DNA from: Methanomassiliicoccaceae archaeon
GTDB taxonomy: Archaea; Thermoplasmatota; Thermoplasmata; Methanomassiliicoccales; UBA472
Assembly (NCBI GenBank): GCA_963768775.1
Contig: CAVYIY010000008.1
Coordinates: 386,658-450,657 of the forward strand
DNA length: 64,000 nt
Direction: 5' to 3'
Shown here: positions 12,101 through 20,118 of the stretch, in pieces
Layout: each line of letters opens with the position of its first letter
How positions within the stretch are numbered: position 1 is the first letter of the stretch
Notes under the pieces: generated by a model
Seen by the model: the letters and a program-made list of their open reading frames with translations, nothing else
The model's database searches: none
Told to the model about the DNA's origin: nothing
Made by a program: the position numbers and the translations under genes

Positions 12101-13464
12101 CCGCCGAAATACTCGGCCCACATCGGCTTGACGATGGAGTTGAGCTCGGAGATCGTGCCGTCTATCGCCTCGGTTGTTTCCGAAAACTCGCGGTCCAGCC
12201 TCGCGTCGATCGCCGGAGGGTCACCGCTCATCCTCTTGGTCAGAACGGAATAAGTGCCCGGCCGATCGGCCCGGGCGTCATGGAGCAGGACGACCGAATC
12301 CTGTAGCCCCGCGCGGCCGAGGCGCTGATGTACCACGTCGAGCGCGGCGCGCTTCTGGCACACCACTAGCACCTTTTCTTTCCTGGCCAAAGCGCTTGTG
12401 ATCAGGTTGACGATCACCTGCGATTTGCCGGTACCTGGCGGTCCGCGGACCACGACGCACTCTGCTTGCTGCGCCTCCACGATCACCGCGTCTTGGCTCG
12501 AGTCGGTGGGAAGCACGAGGTTCATCTCGCGGTCGGGCAGCGCATCGAGATCGATCGCCGGAATTGCCTGCACCGGGCTCCTGCGCAGATAAGGAGTCTC
12601 GAGCAGATCGTCGATGATGCCCTGGTCCATTTCCCCCGCCTGGGCGCGCTCGATCATGAGTTCATAATCGTGGAAGATAGCGGTCGATCCCTGGGGGAAG
12701 TTGCCGACAACCGCGGTCGGCTCGAGATGCAATTTGACCGATCCCATCGCCTCGATCTCCGCGGCGTTGAGCGGCTTGAGTGGCAGTATTTGCGAAGATG
12801 GAACCTCGATGCTCAGGGGAACCTCGCAACGTAGCAATTCATCGTTCAGCTTGGCGATGAGATAACTCGATAATCCCTCTCGCGGCGCCTGGTCCAGAAT
12901 GTCGTCCAGGCGTTCCTGGAATTCCTCGGAGAGGGAGACGCCGCACGCCTTCTTCAGCGCCGCTAAGAGCGCGCGGTTGACCACGGGGTACTCCTCCTCG
13001 GCGAAGGCGAGATACCAACCGGGAGAGGTGTCCCGGCGCACGCGCTCGAGGCGCACCGGGAAGAGGACGAGCGGCGCGCGCACGAAGCTCTCCGCGCCCG
13101 CCTGCCCGACAAGGAACGGGAATCCCAGATAGAGGTCGCTCAATCCCGTCTCTTCGAATATCGTCCGGGCGGAGCGCTCGAGATAGGTGAGATTGGAGCG
13201 TGCCTCTTCGGCCTCGTCGCTCCGGTCCGAGTCCTTGATCAGGCAGATTGCGGAGCGGGTCCAGACCGCCTTCTTCAAGACGTCGTCGATCTTGTCCGGG
13301 TAGCTTTGCCAAGCCGAACCGAGATCGAAGGCCCATTTCTTCTCTGCCTTCCTCAAGAGAATGGAGCGGTTCCTCCAATCGACGTGCAGCATGCGGTCCC
13401 GATAGACCTTCAACCGTTCCACGAAGCGCAATGACTGCGTCCGCTCGTCCACTTTCCCATCCAT
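9139..13464 (-). CDS. large SF1 (Upf1/DNA2-like) helicase fused to a Vsr/DUF559-like endonuclease domain plus an unassigned C-terminal domain
   Basis: ORF 9139..13572. Likely start is MDGKVDERTQ at 13464. Helicase motifs: Walker A GPPGTGKSQ, FDMVIFDESSQ, VQGDERDVIIFS, RLNVAITRAKERV. Nuclease motif: YRIDLAVVD..IGIECDGATFH. The N-terminus resembles DUF4011 (from memory). Confidence 0.85.
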   Translation of the reverse strand: MDGKVDERTQSLRFVERLKVYRDRMLHVDWRNRSILLRKAEKKWAFDLGSAWQSYPDKIDDVLKKAVWTRSAICLIKDSDRSDEAEEARSNLTYLERSARTIFEETGLSDLYLGFPFLVGQAGAESFVRAPLVLFPVRLERVRRDTSPGWYLAFAEEEYPVVNRALLAALKKACGVSLSEEFQERLDDILDQAPREGLSSYLIAKLNDELLRCEVPLSIEVPSSQILPLKPLNAAEIEAMGSVKLHLEPTAVVGNFPQGSTAIFHDYELMIERAQAGEMDQGIIDDLLETPYLRRSPVQAIPAIDLDALPDREMNLVLPTDSSQDAVIVEAQQAECVVVRGPPGTGKSQVIVNLITSALARKEKVLVVCQKRAALDVVHQRLGRAGLQDSVVLLHDARADRPGTYSVLTKRMSGDPPAIDARLDREFSETTEAIDGTISELNSIVKPMWAEYFGGARLQELYTAAMPGYVPKVEMGTVPNRLSRPSLASIVQKLPELQIGHWKYDSPASPIALRCSFAAMDPNAKFDIDISLARMTEAAVPAALPLGSLNEQEDSLRRLADYDAMRGRAFKFISPRWWRANGAYNQIRSRFQGDPRVQDTARMRESLTAGLALLRALQELQKWLRPEGINGIAKVQGDPAALRSRLEAARGALAEFDKVQEFDRLVASLDPSGQEVFELCASRIAVDQGSWARIVEQEVITRWISSIEHQNQQLAGDPFSRYLELKSRLITLLDKRRELFKRRLAHQVLESARRPLLPPGEHHPNRRPETDWNKLLSEFGKKRRVKPVHKLIEEYPFQMMTIAPCWLVSPEAASEVFPLERGMFDMVIFDESSQLAVERALPSLYRSKRALIAGDEKQLRPFDLFQSKEDDEEEDEVTEAESLLVLSMRVLSPRYLSWHYRSRYQQLIDFSNHAFYDGNLQIAANVQRKFELPPIDFIRCDGVWEERTNSVEAEKVVDIIHWLLSEGEIRGKLPSIGVITFNEPQRDLVDDRVEARRTSNEEFDRLYSLASRAELDLDERPFVKNIENVQGDERDVIIFSVAYAPDKLGKFRVQFGSLSQEGGENRLNVAITRAKERVIMVASFDPAQLPVEGVKNIGPMRLKEYLQYAKAVAEMRGDEVAQLLTKLDAVTASPPVTQTIAEFDAPLESQVRQALEALGHKVESQVGFSGYRIDLAVVDPKDDSRYVIGIECDGATFHSAKSARERDVGRQSFLEDRGWTIERVWSRNWWRDRPGEIARLQRRIQELSRPKKRGDKPPAAAPTSLPRAPEKHRAPEEMIDQGPASIPDVLAIGANLPEKDDRSMRFIFFKQLETRTPQEMDAAKGMLDWADESEMRLWWREVGGVTTVTPYFKHGGIAHWMFSLRADGTVDLHFQYLKAPFDGKARRLELIRRLSAIPNVSIPEEYASKTRTLLLAALSSDEALEKFIRAMEWYEAEVKRS

Positions 13465-13512
13465 CCTGGAAAGAAGCGGACGGTCTACTAATAATGATTT
13501 CGAGGCGGTGCT

Positions 13513-13556
13513 AAAAACTAGTAATGAAAAAGGTCCTTCATCCAAAGGAGAGGACC
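13513..13556 (-). terminator. hairpin plus oligo-T terminator-like element (read on the minus strand)
   Basis: Minus strand reads GGTCCT-ctcctttggatga-AGGACC, followed by TTTTT and a second TTTTT 8 nt later. Lies between the small Lys-rich ORF and the helicase gene. Confidence 0.4.
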
Positions 13557-13629
13557 AAAGGTAAACGCCCACCCGAACCGCATTTGTCCGGTGTAGGATT
13601 GAAATGTGCGCTCAGAAGCGAAGTCCGAT

Positions 13630-13761
13630 CTACTTCTTTTTCGGCTTGGCCTTTGCCACTACCTTCTTTGCCACTGGCTTCTTCGCTGCAACCTTCTTTG
13701 CCACTGGCTTCTTCGCTGCTACCTTCTTCTTCACTGCTGGCTTCTTCACGGCTGGTGTCAT
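13630..13761 (-). CDS. unannotated 43-aa Lys/Ala-rich repeat micro-protein (MTPAVKKPAVKKKVAAKKPVAKKVAAKKPVAKKVVAKAKPKKK)
   Basis: Hand translation: ATG 13761, TAG 13630-13632, in-frame TGA 33 nt upstream. The 30-nt tandem repeat is in frame, and AAG is the preferred Lys codon as elsewhere in the window. Below the 60-aa cutoff of the ORF track. Confidence 0.35.
   Translation of the reverse strand: MTPAVKKPAVKKKVAAKKPVAKKVAAKKPVAKKVVAKAKPKKK
13661..13720. repeat. 30-bp tandem repeat, two near-identical copies (29/30) with degenerate flanking copies
   Basis: accttctttgccactggcttcttcgctgca at 13661-13690 and accttctttgccactggcttcttcgctgct at 13691-13720. Weaker copies extend roughly 13641-13750. 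Confidence 0.85.
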
Positions 13762-13900
13762 TATGTTTTCCCCATGCTGTGCGAGACCACGTCAGATCTA
13801 GCATCAGCATGACTACATAGGTTAGTGGTGGTCATAATGGTTACTAAGCTGAAGTCGAAAAATACCTAGTGCTGGAGCAGGGCCGATTACACGAAAATCA

Positions 13901-13908
13901 TTTATAGA
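13901..13908 (+). promoter_or_regulatory. TATA-box-like element (TTTATAGA)
   Basis: Centred about 26 nt upstream of the ATG at 13930, suggesting a leaderless transcript. Confidence 0.35.
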
Positions 13909-13929
13909 CTTACACCATTGAGCGGCACG

Positions 13930-14136
13930 ATGGAAGAGGACGCATTCCCAAAAAAGTTCAAGCTGGCACTATCAATACTTCTAATAATCGGTGCACTGGT
14001 ATTCTATTGGGCATGGGGCATTTTGTACAACAGTTGGAATATTTTCGAAGGCTCCAACATGGGCGTCTACGCGATCGTGGTGATCATGCTCGCCTTCGGC
14101 ATCCTCGGGCTTTTGCTCACGAGAGCGAAGAATTGA
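13930..14136 (+). CDS. small two-TM membrane protein
   Basis: ORF 13918..14136. ATG at 13930 gives MEEDAFPKKFKLALSILLIIGALVFYWAWG..VYAIVVIMLAFGILGLLL. Confidence 0.5.
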   Translation: MEEDAFPKKFKLALSILLIIGALVFYWAWGILYNSWNIFEGSNMGVYAIVVIMLAFGILGLLLTRAKN

Positions 14137-14223
14137 GGGTCTGGAATTTCTGATTTCCTCCCGCTAAATTCTCAGCATTCTCACTGTGCGCAAGAACGCA
14201 GGAACAGAAAGGAAGGGGGCAAA

Positions 14224-15628
14224 TCACATCGATCTGGCTGCGTATGCGGCGATGCCTGTTTGCTTGCCGCACATGATGCATTCTCCATGGAAATTCTCAG
14301 GAACATAGGGCGTGCCCAAGAGCTTCAGCTCGGTCTTCTCCTCGATCTTGTGACCGCATTCTTCGGACCCGCACCAACCGAATCTCAATATTTTCTTGGG
14401 CAGAACATCGAGCGAGGTTATCGTTTCCACCGATGACGCAAGGCGCTTCGCGGCGTTGCTCATCATGTCAATGGAGATCTTCGCCAGCATCGCCTGAGAA
14501 TCCTTGATGGCGTTGCCCCGGAGGAACGTTCCCTTCGAGCCGTCATGCCTGATCGCGTACGAGACTTTTCCCTCTGCGATGTCGCGGCCGCCGAGCTCGA
14601 GGCGGAGCGGCACCCCCTTTATCTCCCAGTGATAGAACTTGCTGCCCGGTCGATCGTCCCTTTCGTCGAGCGTGACCCTGAGCCCTGCTGCGAGAAGTTC
14701 GTCGCGCAGCTTTCGAGCCTCGGCCATGACCTCCTCGACCTTGCCCTTTGCAAGGATCGGGATGATCACGATCTGGAACGGCGCGACGTCGGGTGGGAGC
14801 ACCAATCCTTTGTCGTCACCATGGAACGCCACGATCGATCCGACCAAGCGCTCGCTCATCCCGTAGGTGGTCTGATGGACGTATTTCAGCTCTCCGTCCA
14901 CGTCCTCGAATTTGATCTCGAATGGCATAGAGAAATTCTGCCGGTAGTGATGGATTGAGCCGAGCTGCAGGCTCCTGCCCTCGAGCAGACGGGCAATCGA
15001 CTCCGACCGTGTAGTAGGCGCCGGGGAACTTGTCCCAGTCGGTGCGCTTGAGCAGGAAGTAGGGGAGGGCGAGATGACGGTTGAGCCGCTCCAAGATCAC
15101 GAAGTCCTCCTCCACCTGCTTCTGCGCGTCCTCCTCGGTCGTATGGCAGGTGTGCGACTCGAAGAAATGGATCTCCCTCACGCGGATGAAGGCACGGGTC
15201 TGCTTCGTCTCGTAACGGAAAGTGTTCACGATCTGATAGGTCTTGAGCGGAAGGTCTGAGTGGGATCGTACCCAAAGCGCGAATATCGGATACATCGCCG
15301 TCTCGGAAGTCGGCCGCAGGCAGAGGGGGATGTCGAGCTTGTTGAGCCCCGCGTGCGTGACCCAGTACACCTCGGAATCGAATCCCTTGATGTGCTCCTT
15401 CTCCTTCTTGAACTCCGTCTCCGGGATGAGCAACGGGAAGCAGACCTCATCGTGGTTCGTCGCGTCTAGCTCCTGCCGGATGTAGGTGTCGACCTGGCGC
15501 ATGATCTTCCAGCCGTATGGCGTCCAGACATTCATGCCCTTGATCGGATAACGCTTGTCGGTCAGGTTCGCCAGCTCCACGACCTCGTTGTACCACTCAC
15601 TGAAATCGTCGGACTTCTTGACAACCAT
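14224..15628 (-). CDS. proS: prolyl-tRNA synthetase (archaeal/eukaryotic type); one frameshift
   Basis: ORFs 14816..15628 and 14224..14928 join as ..AYYTVGVD|[29 protein letters not shown].. if one base near 14995 is removed. Class II motifs are present, with a C-terminal Zn domain CGSEECG..CIMCGK. Confidence 0.9.
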
Positions 15629-15749
15629 TGGTCGGCCCCAGTACTGGTTGGGAATGCGATTCGGTTCTTATATGTTTTCGAGGCGCAAGCTTGGATTCGC
15701 CATCTGTTGGGATAATCCAATCTCTGGATGGAGCTGGTCAGCATGCCTC

Positions 15750-16598
15750 TTAGACTACTTTGGCGACCTCGTCGGCGACGGAGATCATCGAGACCTCGTT
15801 CTCCAGAGTGTTGGTCGAAATGACCCGATCGCACACCATCTTTAATTTATCCAACGCGCCTCCGATGAACAGCCCATGGGTGCAGACGGCGAAGACTTTC
15901 TTCGCCCCGATGCGCTTGAGCTCGTTGGTAGCCGCGACGATCGTGCCGCCGGTGGAGATGATGTCGTCCACGATGAGAACGGTCTTTCCCCGAGCATCCA
16001 GCCTGCTGGTCTGGATGACGACCTCCGAGCCGCTCAATCGAGTTTTGGTCAGGTGATCGTTGGCGCAGCCGAGCACGTGCGCGACCTCCGCCGCGCGCTG
16101 CGAAGCGCCTTTGTCCGGAGCGAGCACCAGGTCCACCTCATTGTTGAGGAAGTAATTGCCGATCGCCGCGGTGGCGGTTAGGTCCTTAGCTCCAGGCTTG
16201 GTGAACCAACGGAGGATGTCAGGCTTGTGCAGGTCTATGGTGAAGAGCCGGTCCGTGTCCACGGCAAGATGCTTCAGCATGACCTGCGCACTCAGCGCCT
16301 CGCCGGGATTGAACCTTCTGTCCTGCCGTCCGTAGCCGAAGTATGGAACAATCGTGGTGATCTTCTCCGCCCCGAGGCCTCTTGCCGCGTCCTGTAATAG
16401 GAAGAGCTCGACCAGGCTGGAATCGGGATAGGTGTTCTGGACGATTACGGTCTCCTTGTCGAGGCTCTCCTCCTCGATCCGGACATATCCTTCGCCATCG
16501 GGGAAACGTTTGGTTGTTGCCTGTATGCACTCCGTTCCCAACTTGTTGGCCAGATCGGTGGCCAGGCGCTTCGACGTCGAACCGCACAGAACCTTCAT
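15750..16598 (-). CDS. prs: ribose-phosphate pyrophosphokinase (PRPP synthetase)
   Basis: 282 aa: MKVLCGSTSKRLA.., KRFPDGE, and the PRPP loop VLIVDDIISTGGT. Confidence 0.9.
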   Translation of the reverse strand: MKVLCGSTSKRLATDLANKLGTECIQATTKRFPDGEGYVRIEEESLDKETVIVQNTYPDSSLVELFLLQDAARGLGAEKITTIVPYFGYGRQDRRFNPGEALSAQVMLKHLAVDTDRLFTIDLHKPDILRWFTKPGAKDLTATAAIGNYFLNNEVDLVLAPDKGASQRAAEVAHVLGCANDHLTKTRLSGSEVVIQTSRLDARGKTVLIVDDIISTGGTIVAATNELKRIGAKKVFAVCTHGLFIGGALDKLKMVCDRVISTNTLENEVSMISVADEVAKVV

Positions 16599-16778
16599 CT
16601 TTGGAGGAATCCGCCTGCCATCTTAAATGGTTTGGGAAGGCTGGACCAGGGAGCGGGTGAGCCATCCTGCGCAAATCGACATCAAGAGCGACCAGGGATT
16701 CCGCGCCATTTCTGTGTCGTTTCAAAGAAGGATTAAGAAGTTCCATTCCATCTCGTTGGAGCGAGTTGTGGCACCATC

Positions 16779-17861
16779 ATGAAGACGAAAGTTGTGTTTC
16801 TTGGCGGATACCTCGGTGCAGGCAAGACAACTTTGGCTTTTCATTTGGCTCGGGCGTTGCACGAGCAGGGGAAGTCCGTCTCCGTGGTCTTGAACGACCA
16901 AGGCAATGTTCTCGTCGACACCCAATTCATGAAGAACGCTGGTGTTGACGTTGCAGAGGTCATTGGAGCGTGCTTCTGCACGAAGTTCGATGAGTTCGTG
17001 AAGAACGCCCGCAGCCTCGTAGCGATGGGACGACCGGACGTCATCCTCGCCGAGCCTATCGGGACCTCGACGAGCCTCATGTCCTCGGTGATCGCCCCGA
17101 TGAAATCGCTGTATAAGGACGAGTTCCATGTCTCGCCGCTATTCGTCGTCGTCGACGGACCAAGGGCCTCCGGCGAAATGGGGCAGGGCGAGAGTCTTGG
17201 GCTCGCAGCAAGGAAGATGATCCCGATCCATCAGATGCACGAAGCGGAGATCATGGTGATCTCCAAGACAGATCTGATGACTGATGATGAGAGGAAAGAA
17301 TTGGTCGGGCGACTGAGCGCGCAAGTGCCTGATGCTAAAGTGATCGAGTTCTCGTCAATGGATCTGCGGAACATGGTCAGCATTTTGGAGGTCATCAACT
17401 CGGACCGCGAGACGTCCAAGCTGGTGTCGAGTGTGGACCAGCGAGCCTTCAGAGCGGAGAAGTCCTCGATGGGCTGGTACAGCGCCAACTGCAAGCTGAC
17501 CAGTGCGAATGACAAGGTGGACGTCTACAACCTTCTGACCGACATAATGAAAGGCATCGCGCGTCGGTTCAAGACAGAGGACGTAGCGCACGTCAAGGTG
17601 CTGCTCAGTTCTCCCAAGGCCAGCGCGAAGATAAGCTTGGTCGAAGGCTCTATCCAGATTGATGACCTGAAGGGCGGGAGATACTTCATGGGGGAGGGAG
17701 AATTCATCCTGAACTCAAGGGTCCGTTCGCCGCCCAAGCCGCTGCAGCTCGGCATCGATGAGATACTCGAGGCGGTCTTCTCGAAAGCAGGCGTCTCGGT
17801 CACGGACAAGAAGGTCGCCTGCTTCGCGCCCAAGCCCGATGCGCCGAAGCACATCTCATAA
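16779..17861 (+). CDS. G3E-family P-loop GTPase (CobW/HypB/UreG-like) with an unassigned C-terminal domain
   Basis: 360 aa. Walker A GGYLGAGKTT, VILAEPIGTS, and an NKxD-like ISKTDL. Confidence 0.65.
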   Translation: MKTKVVFLGGYLGAGKTTLAFHLARALHEQGKSVSVVLNDQGNVLVDTQFMKNAGVDVAEVIGACFCTKFDEFVKNARSLVAMGRPDVILAEPIGTSTSLMSSVIAPMKSLYKDEFHVSPLFVVVDGPRASGEMGQGESLGLAARKMIPIHQMHEAEIMVISKTDLMTDDERKELVGRLSAQVPDAKVIEFSSMDLRNMVSILEVINSDRETSKLVSSVDQRAFRAEKSSMGWYSANCKLTSANDKVDVYNLLTDIMKGIARRFKTEDVAHVKVLLSSPKASAKISLVEGSIQIDDLKGGRYFMGEGEFILNSRVRSPPKPLQLGIDEILEAVFSKAGVSVTDKKVACFAPKPDAPKHIS

Positions 17862-17965
17862 TCGTGCCTAGCAGGCGAGCTGAGCGCAGGGTATCATCAG
17901 GATTCTGAAACAAGGACCTGCAAACATATTAATCCTGTACCCTCGATATCGCAACTAGGGATGGA

Positions 17966-19540
17966 ATGCAAACCGATTCTACAGTGGAAGCTCCAGCGCA
18001 CGACAACGCCACATTGGAGACCCACGACGACTCCAAATCACACGCAGTAGCAGCTGCAGCCAAGCATCCGAAGCATGATGGCCTGCAGCAGGTCGGCATC
18101 ATCTTCGGCAATGTGGGGACGAACGATTTCAACTTCCGAGTCTTCGGAGACATCGAGACCATGGAGTACATCCAGGTCGAGCATCAGCACGAGGGCTGGG
18201 TGCTCGGCAGGGTCTCGGAGATGCAGCGCAAGACCGATCTGTCGCTGGAGAAGGCCAAGCGCATCCAGGACGGCCAGGACGTCGACATCGACGAGGAGGT
18301 GATCGCACGAGTGGACGTAGTCGGCTTCCGCGACGACCGCGGGCTGCTGCAGGTCCCTCGTACTCCGTTCAGAGCGGGCGATAACGTCTACAAGGCGACC
18401 GGCACCCTGATCAAGGACGTCATCGGGCTCAGGGAGAACATGGACACTGGGGCATACCTCGGCCTGCTGTTCGGGCATGACATACGAGTGGAAGTGGACA
18501 TCAACGCCATGGTGCAGAAGCACGTCTCGATCTTGGCGAAGACCGGCGGGGGCAAGAGCTTCCTCTGCGGCGATCTCATCGAGGAGCTGATGAAGCACGA
18601 GGTCACCACCATGATCTTCGACCCTCATGGCGAGTATGGTGCCATGCGCGACAAGGGCTCCTCGGCCAAGAGCCACCGCAATTTCAACGTCACCCCGCAC
18701 GGATATCCGGAGCACATCATCGAGTTCGCTACGGACACCGTGATCAACCCAAAGGCGAAGTCTCTCAAGTTCACCCTCTGCAACCTCGAAGCCAGAGACA
18801 TCCTCGAATTGACCAGCCTGAAGAGCGCCAAGAACTACCTCACATCGCTGCGGAAGGCGATCGACTCGATCCGCTCGGTCAGGAAGGAGTACTCCCTGAA
18901 GGAGATCATTAGCGTGCTGGATTCCGAGGAGGACGGGCAGAACGCCGCCCTCATCAACGAGCTGGAATATCTGAACGAGACGAACATATTCGCTTCGCAG
19001 GGAACGAAGATCGATGACCTGGTGGTCAAAGGAAAAGTAACGATAATCAACTTCAAGGGGACGCCTCCGGACATCCAGGAACTAGTGGTCAACCGCATCG
19101 CCACCGCGCTATTCGAGCTGCGCAAGGTGGGCAAGATACCGCCGATGATGATGGTGGTGGAGGAGGCGCACAACTACTGCCCGCAGATCGGGCTCGCGGC
19201 ATCTTCCAAGATATTTCGCACCATCGCCTCCGAGGGGCGCAAGTTCGGCCTCGGGCTTACGATAATCAGTCAGAGGGCGGCGAAGATCGACAAGAACGTG
19301 CTCTCGCAGTGCAACACCCAGATGATCCTCAAGGTGACCAACCCCAATGACCTCAAGGCCATCGCCAATTCGCTGGAGGGGCTGTCGGCCGGCATGGAGG
19401 ACGAGATCCAACGGCTGCCGATCGGCGTCGCGCTCATCGTCGGCGGGAACATCCAGATGCCTCTGTTCGTGGAAGTGAGGCCGAGGGAGAGCCGTCACGG
19501 AGGCGAGAGCGTGGAAATCGTCCCCTCCAAGAGGGTGTGA
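17966..19540 (+). CDS. HerA-like (DUF87/COG0433) ATPase
   Basis: 524 aa. N-terminal HAS-barrel-like region, Walker A AKTGGGKSF, Walker B MMVVEEAHNY, and RKFGLGLTIISQR. Confidence 0.8.
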   Translation: MQTDSTVEAPAHDNATLETHDDSKSHAVAAAAKHPKHDGLQQVGIIFGNVGTNDFNFRVFGDIETMEYIQVEHQHEGWVLGRVSEMQRKTDLSLEKAKRIQDGQDVDIDEEVIARVDVVGFRDDRGLLQVPRTPFRAGDNVYKATGTLIKDVIGLRENMDTGAYLGLLFGHDIRVEVDINAMVQKHVSILAKTGGGKSFLCGDLIEELMKHEVTTMIFDPHGEYGAMRDKGSSAKSHRNFNVTPHGYPEHIIEFATDTVINPKAKSLKFTLCNLEARDILELTSLKSAKNYLTSLRKAIDSIRSVRKEYSLKEIISVLDSEEDGQNAALINELEYLNETNIFASQGTKIDDLVVKGKVTIINFKGTPPDIQELVVNRIATALFELRKVGKIPPMMMVVEEAHNYCPQIGLAASSKIFRTIASEGRKFGLGLTIISQRAAKIDKNVLSQCNTQMILKVTNPNDLKAIANSLEGLSAGMEDEIQRLPIGVALIVGGNIQMPLFVEVRPRESRHGGESVEIVPSKRV

Positions 19541-19541
19541 G

Positions 19542-19835
19542 ATGCAGGACCGCATCGCGAAAGAGAAAATCGATAAGTACCTGGACACGACCGGGAGGGC
19601 TCTGGAGAAGCTGAAGGTCGCCGCGCCGCCGCGCTCGTTCAACCGCAAGCTGGCGGAGAGCTTCCTGGAAATGGCCCGGTCCTACTACGCGGATGCGAAC
19701 CACTTCATGCAGACGGGGGATTTCGTCAACGCCTTCGCCTGCGTCAACTACGCCCACGGCTGGCTCGACGCCGGAGCGCGCATCGGTCTGTTCGATGTGG
19801 GCGAGGATGACCGCCTTTTCACATTGTATGAGTGA
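19542..19835 (+). CDS. DUF357-like small helical protein
   Basis: 97 aa. ..SYYADANHF..GDFVNAFACVNYAHGWLDAGARIGLFDV matches my recollection of DUF357. The start lies 1 nt after the HerA-like stop. Confidence 0.6.
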   Translation: MQDRIAKEKIDKYLDTTGRALEKLKVAAPPRSFNRKLAESFLEMARSYYADANHFMQTGDFVNAFACVNYAHGWLDAGARIGLFDVGEDDRLFTLYE

Positions 19836-19862
19836 TCAATCCTCGCGTCTGTTAGGAGCAAA

Positions 19863-20036
19863 CTAGGTCGTAATCAGATATCGGACTCCCAAGACTACGA
19901 GGATCATCCCAAGGAGCCTGCCGACCCAGAATAGAAGACTGTCTCCTTCATAGGCGAAGGCTATCCCTGCGATGATGAAGCCCACGACCATCAATGCTGC
20001 TCCCACCTTGAAGTGGCGTCTCCTCTCCGGGCTCAT
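19863..20036 (-). CDS. unannotated 57-aa two-TM membrane peptide
   Basis: Hand translation: MSPERRRHFKVGAALMVVGFIIAGIAFAYEGDSLLFWVGRLLGMILVVLGVRYLITT. GGAG lies about 10 nt upstream of the ATG. Below the ORF-track cutoff. Confidence 0.35.
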   Translation of the reverse strand: MSPERRRHFKVGAALMVVGFIIAGIAFAYEGDSLLFWVGRLLGMILVVLGVRYLITT

Positions 20037-20118
20037 GGGAATTCATCTCCAATGGAATCAAAAAGCCTTTCGACTAAGGAAGAAAAGGAAGGAAATTGGT
20101 GGAGGGCTCGTGCGAGTA

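Noticed and set aside
13641-13750. Possible CRISPR array or minisatellite
   Set aside because: There are only 2 good copies, directly tandem with no spacers, and no cas genes. The 30-nt period is in frame with a plausible small ORF.
13604-13801. Plus-strand 65-aa Phe-rich ORF over the same repeat; also the minus-strand 90-aa ORF 13538..13810
   Set aside because: These are alternative readings of the repeat and cannot be excluded from sequence alone. They rank lower because the Lys-rich frame has an ATG start, a nearby G-rich SD-like element, AAG codon preference and a downstream terminator on its strand.
14990-15000. Programmed ribosomal frameshifting as an explanation for the split proS; the dnaK site near 47693 is a similar case
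   Set aside because: There is no slippery heptamer or downstream structure. Similar single-base disruptions occur in many unrelated genes, so assembly indels are the simpler explanation.
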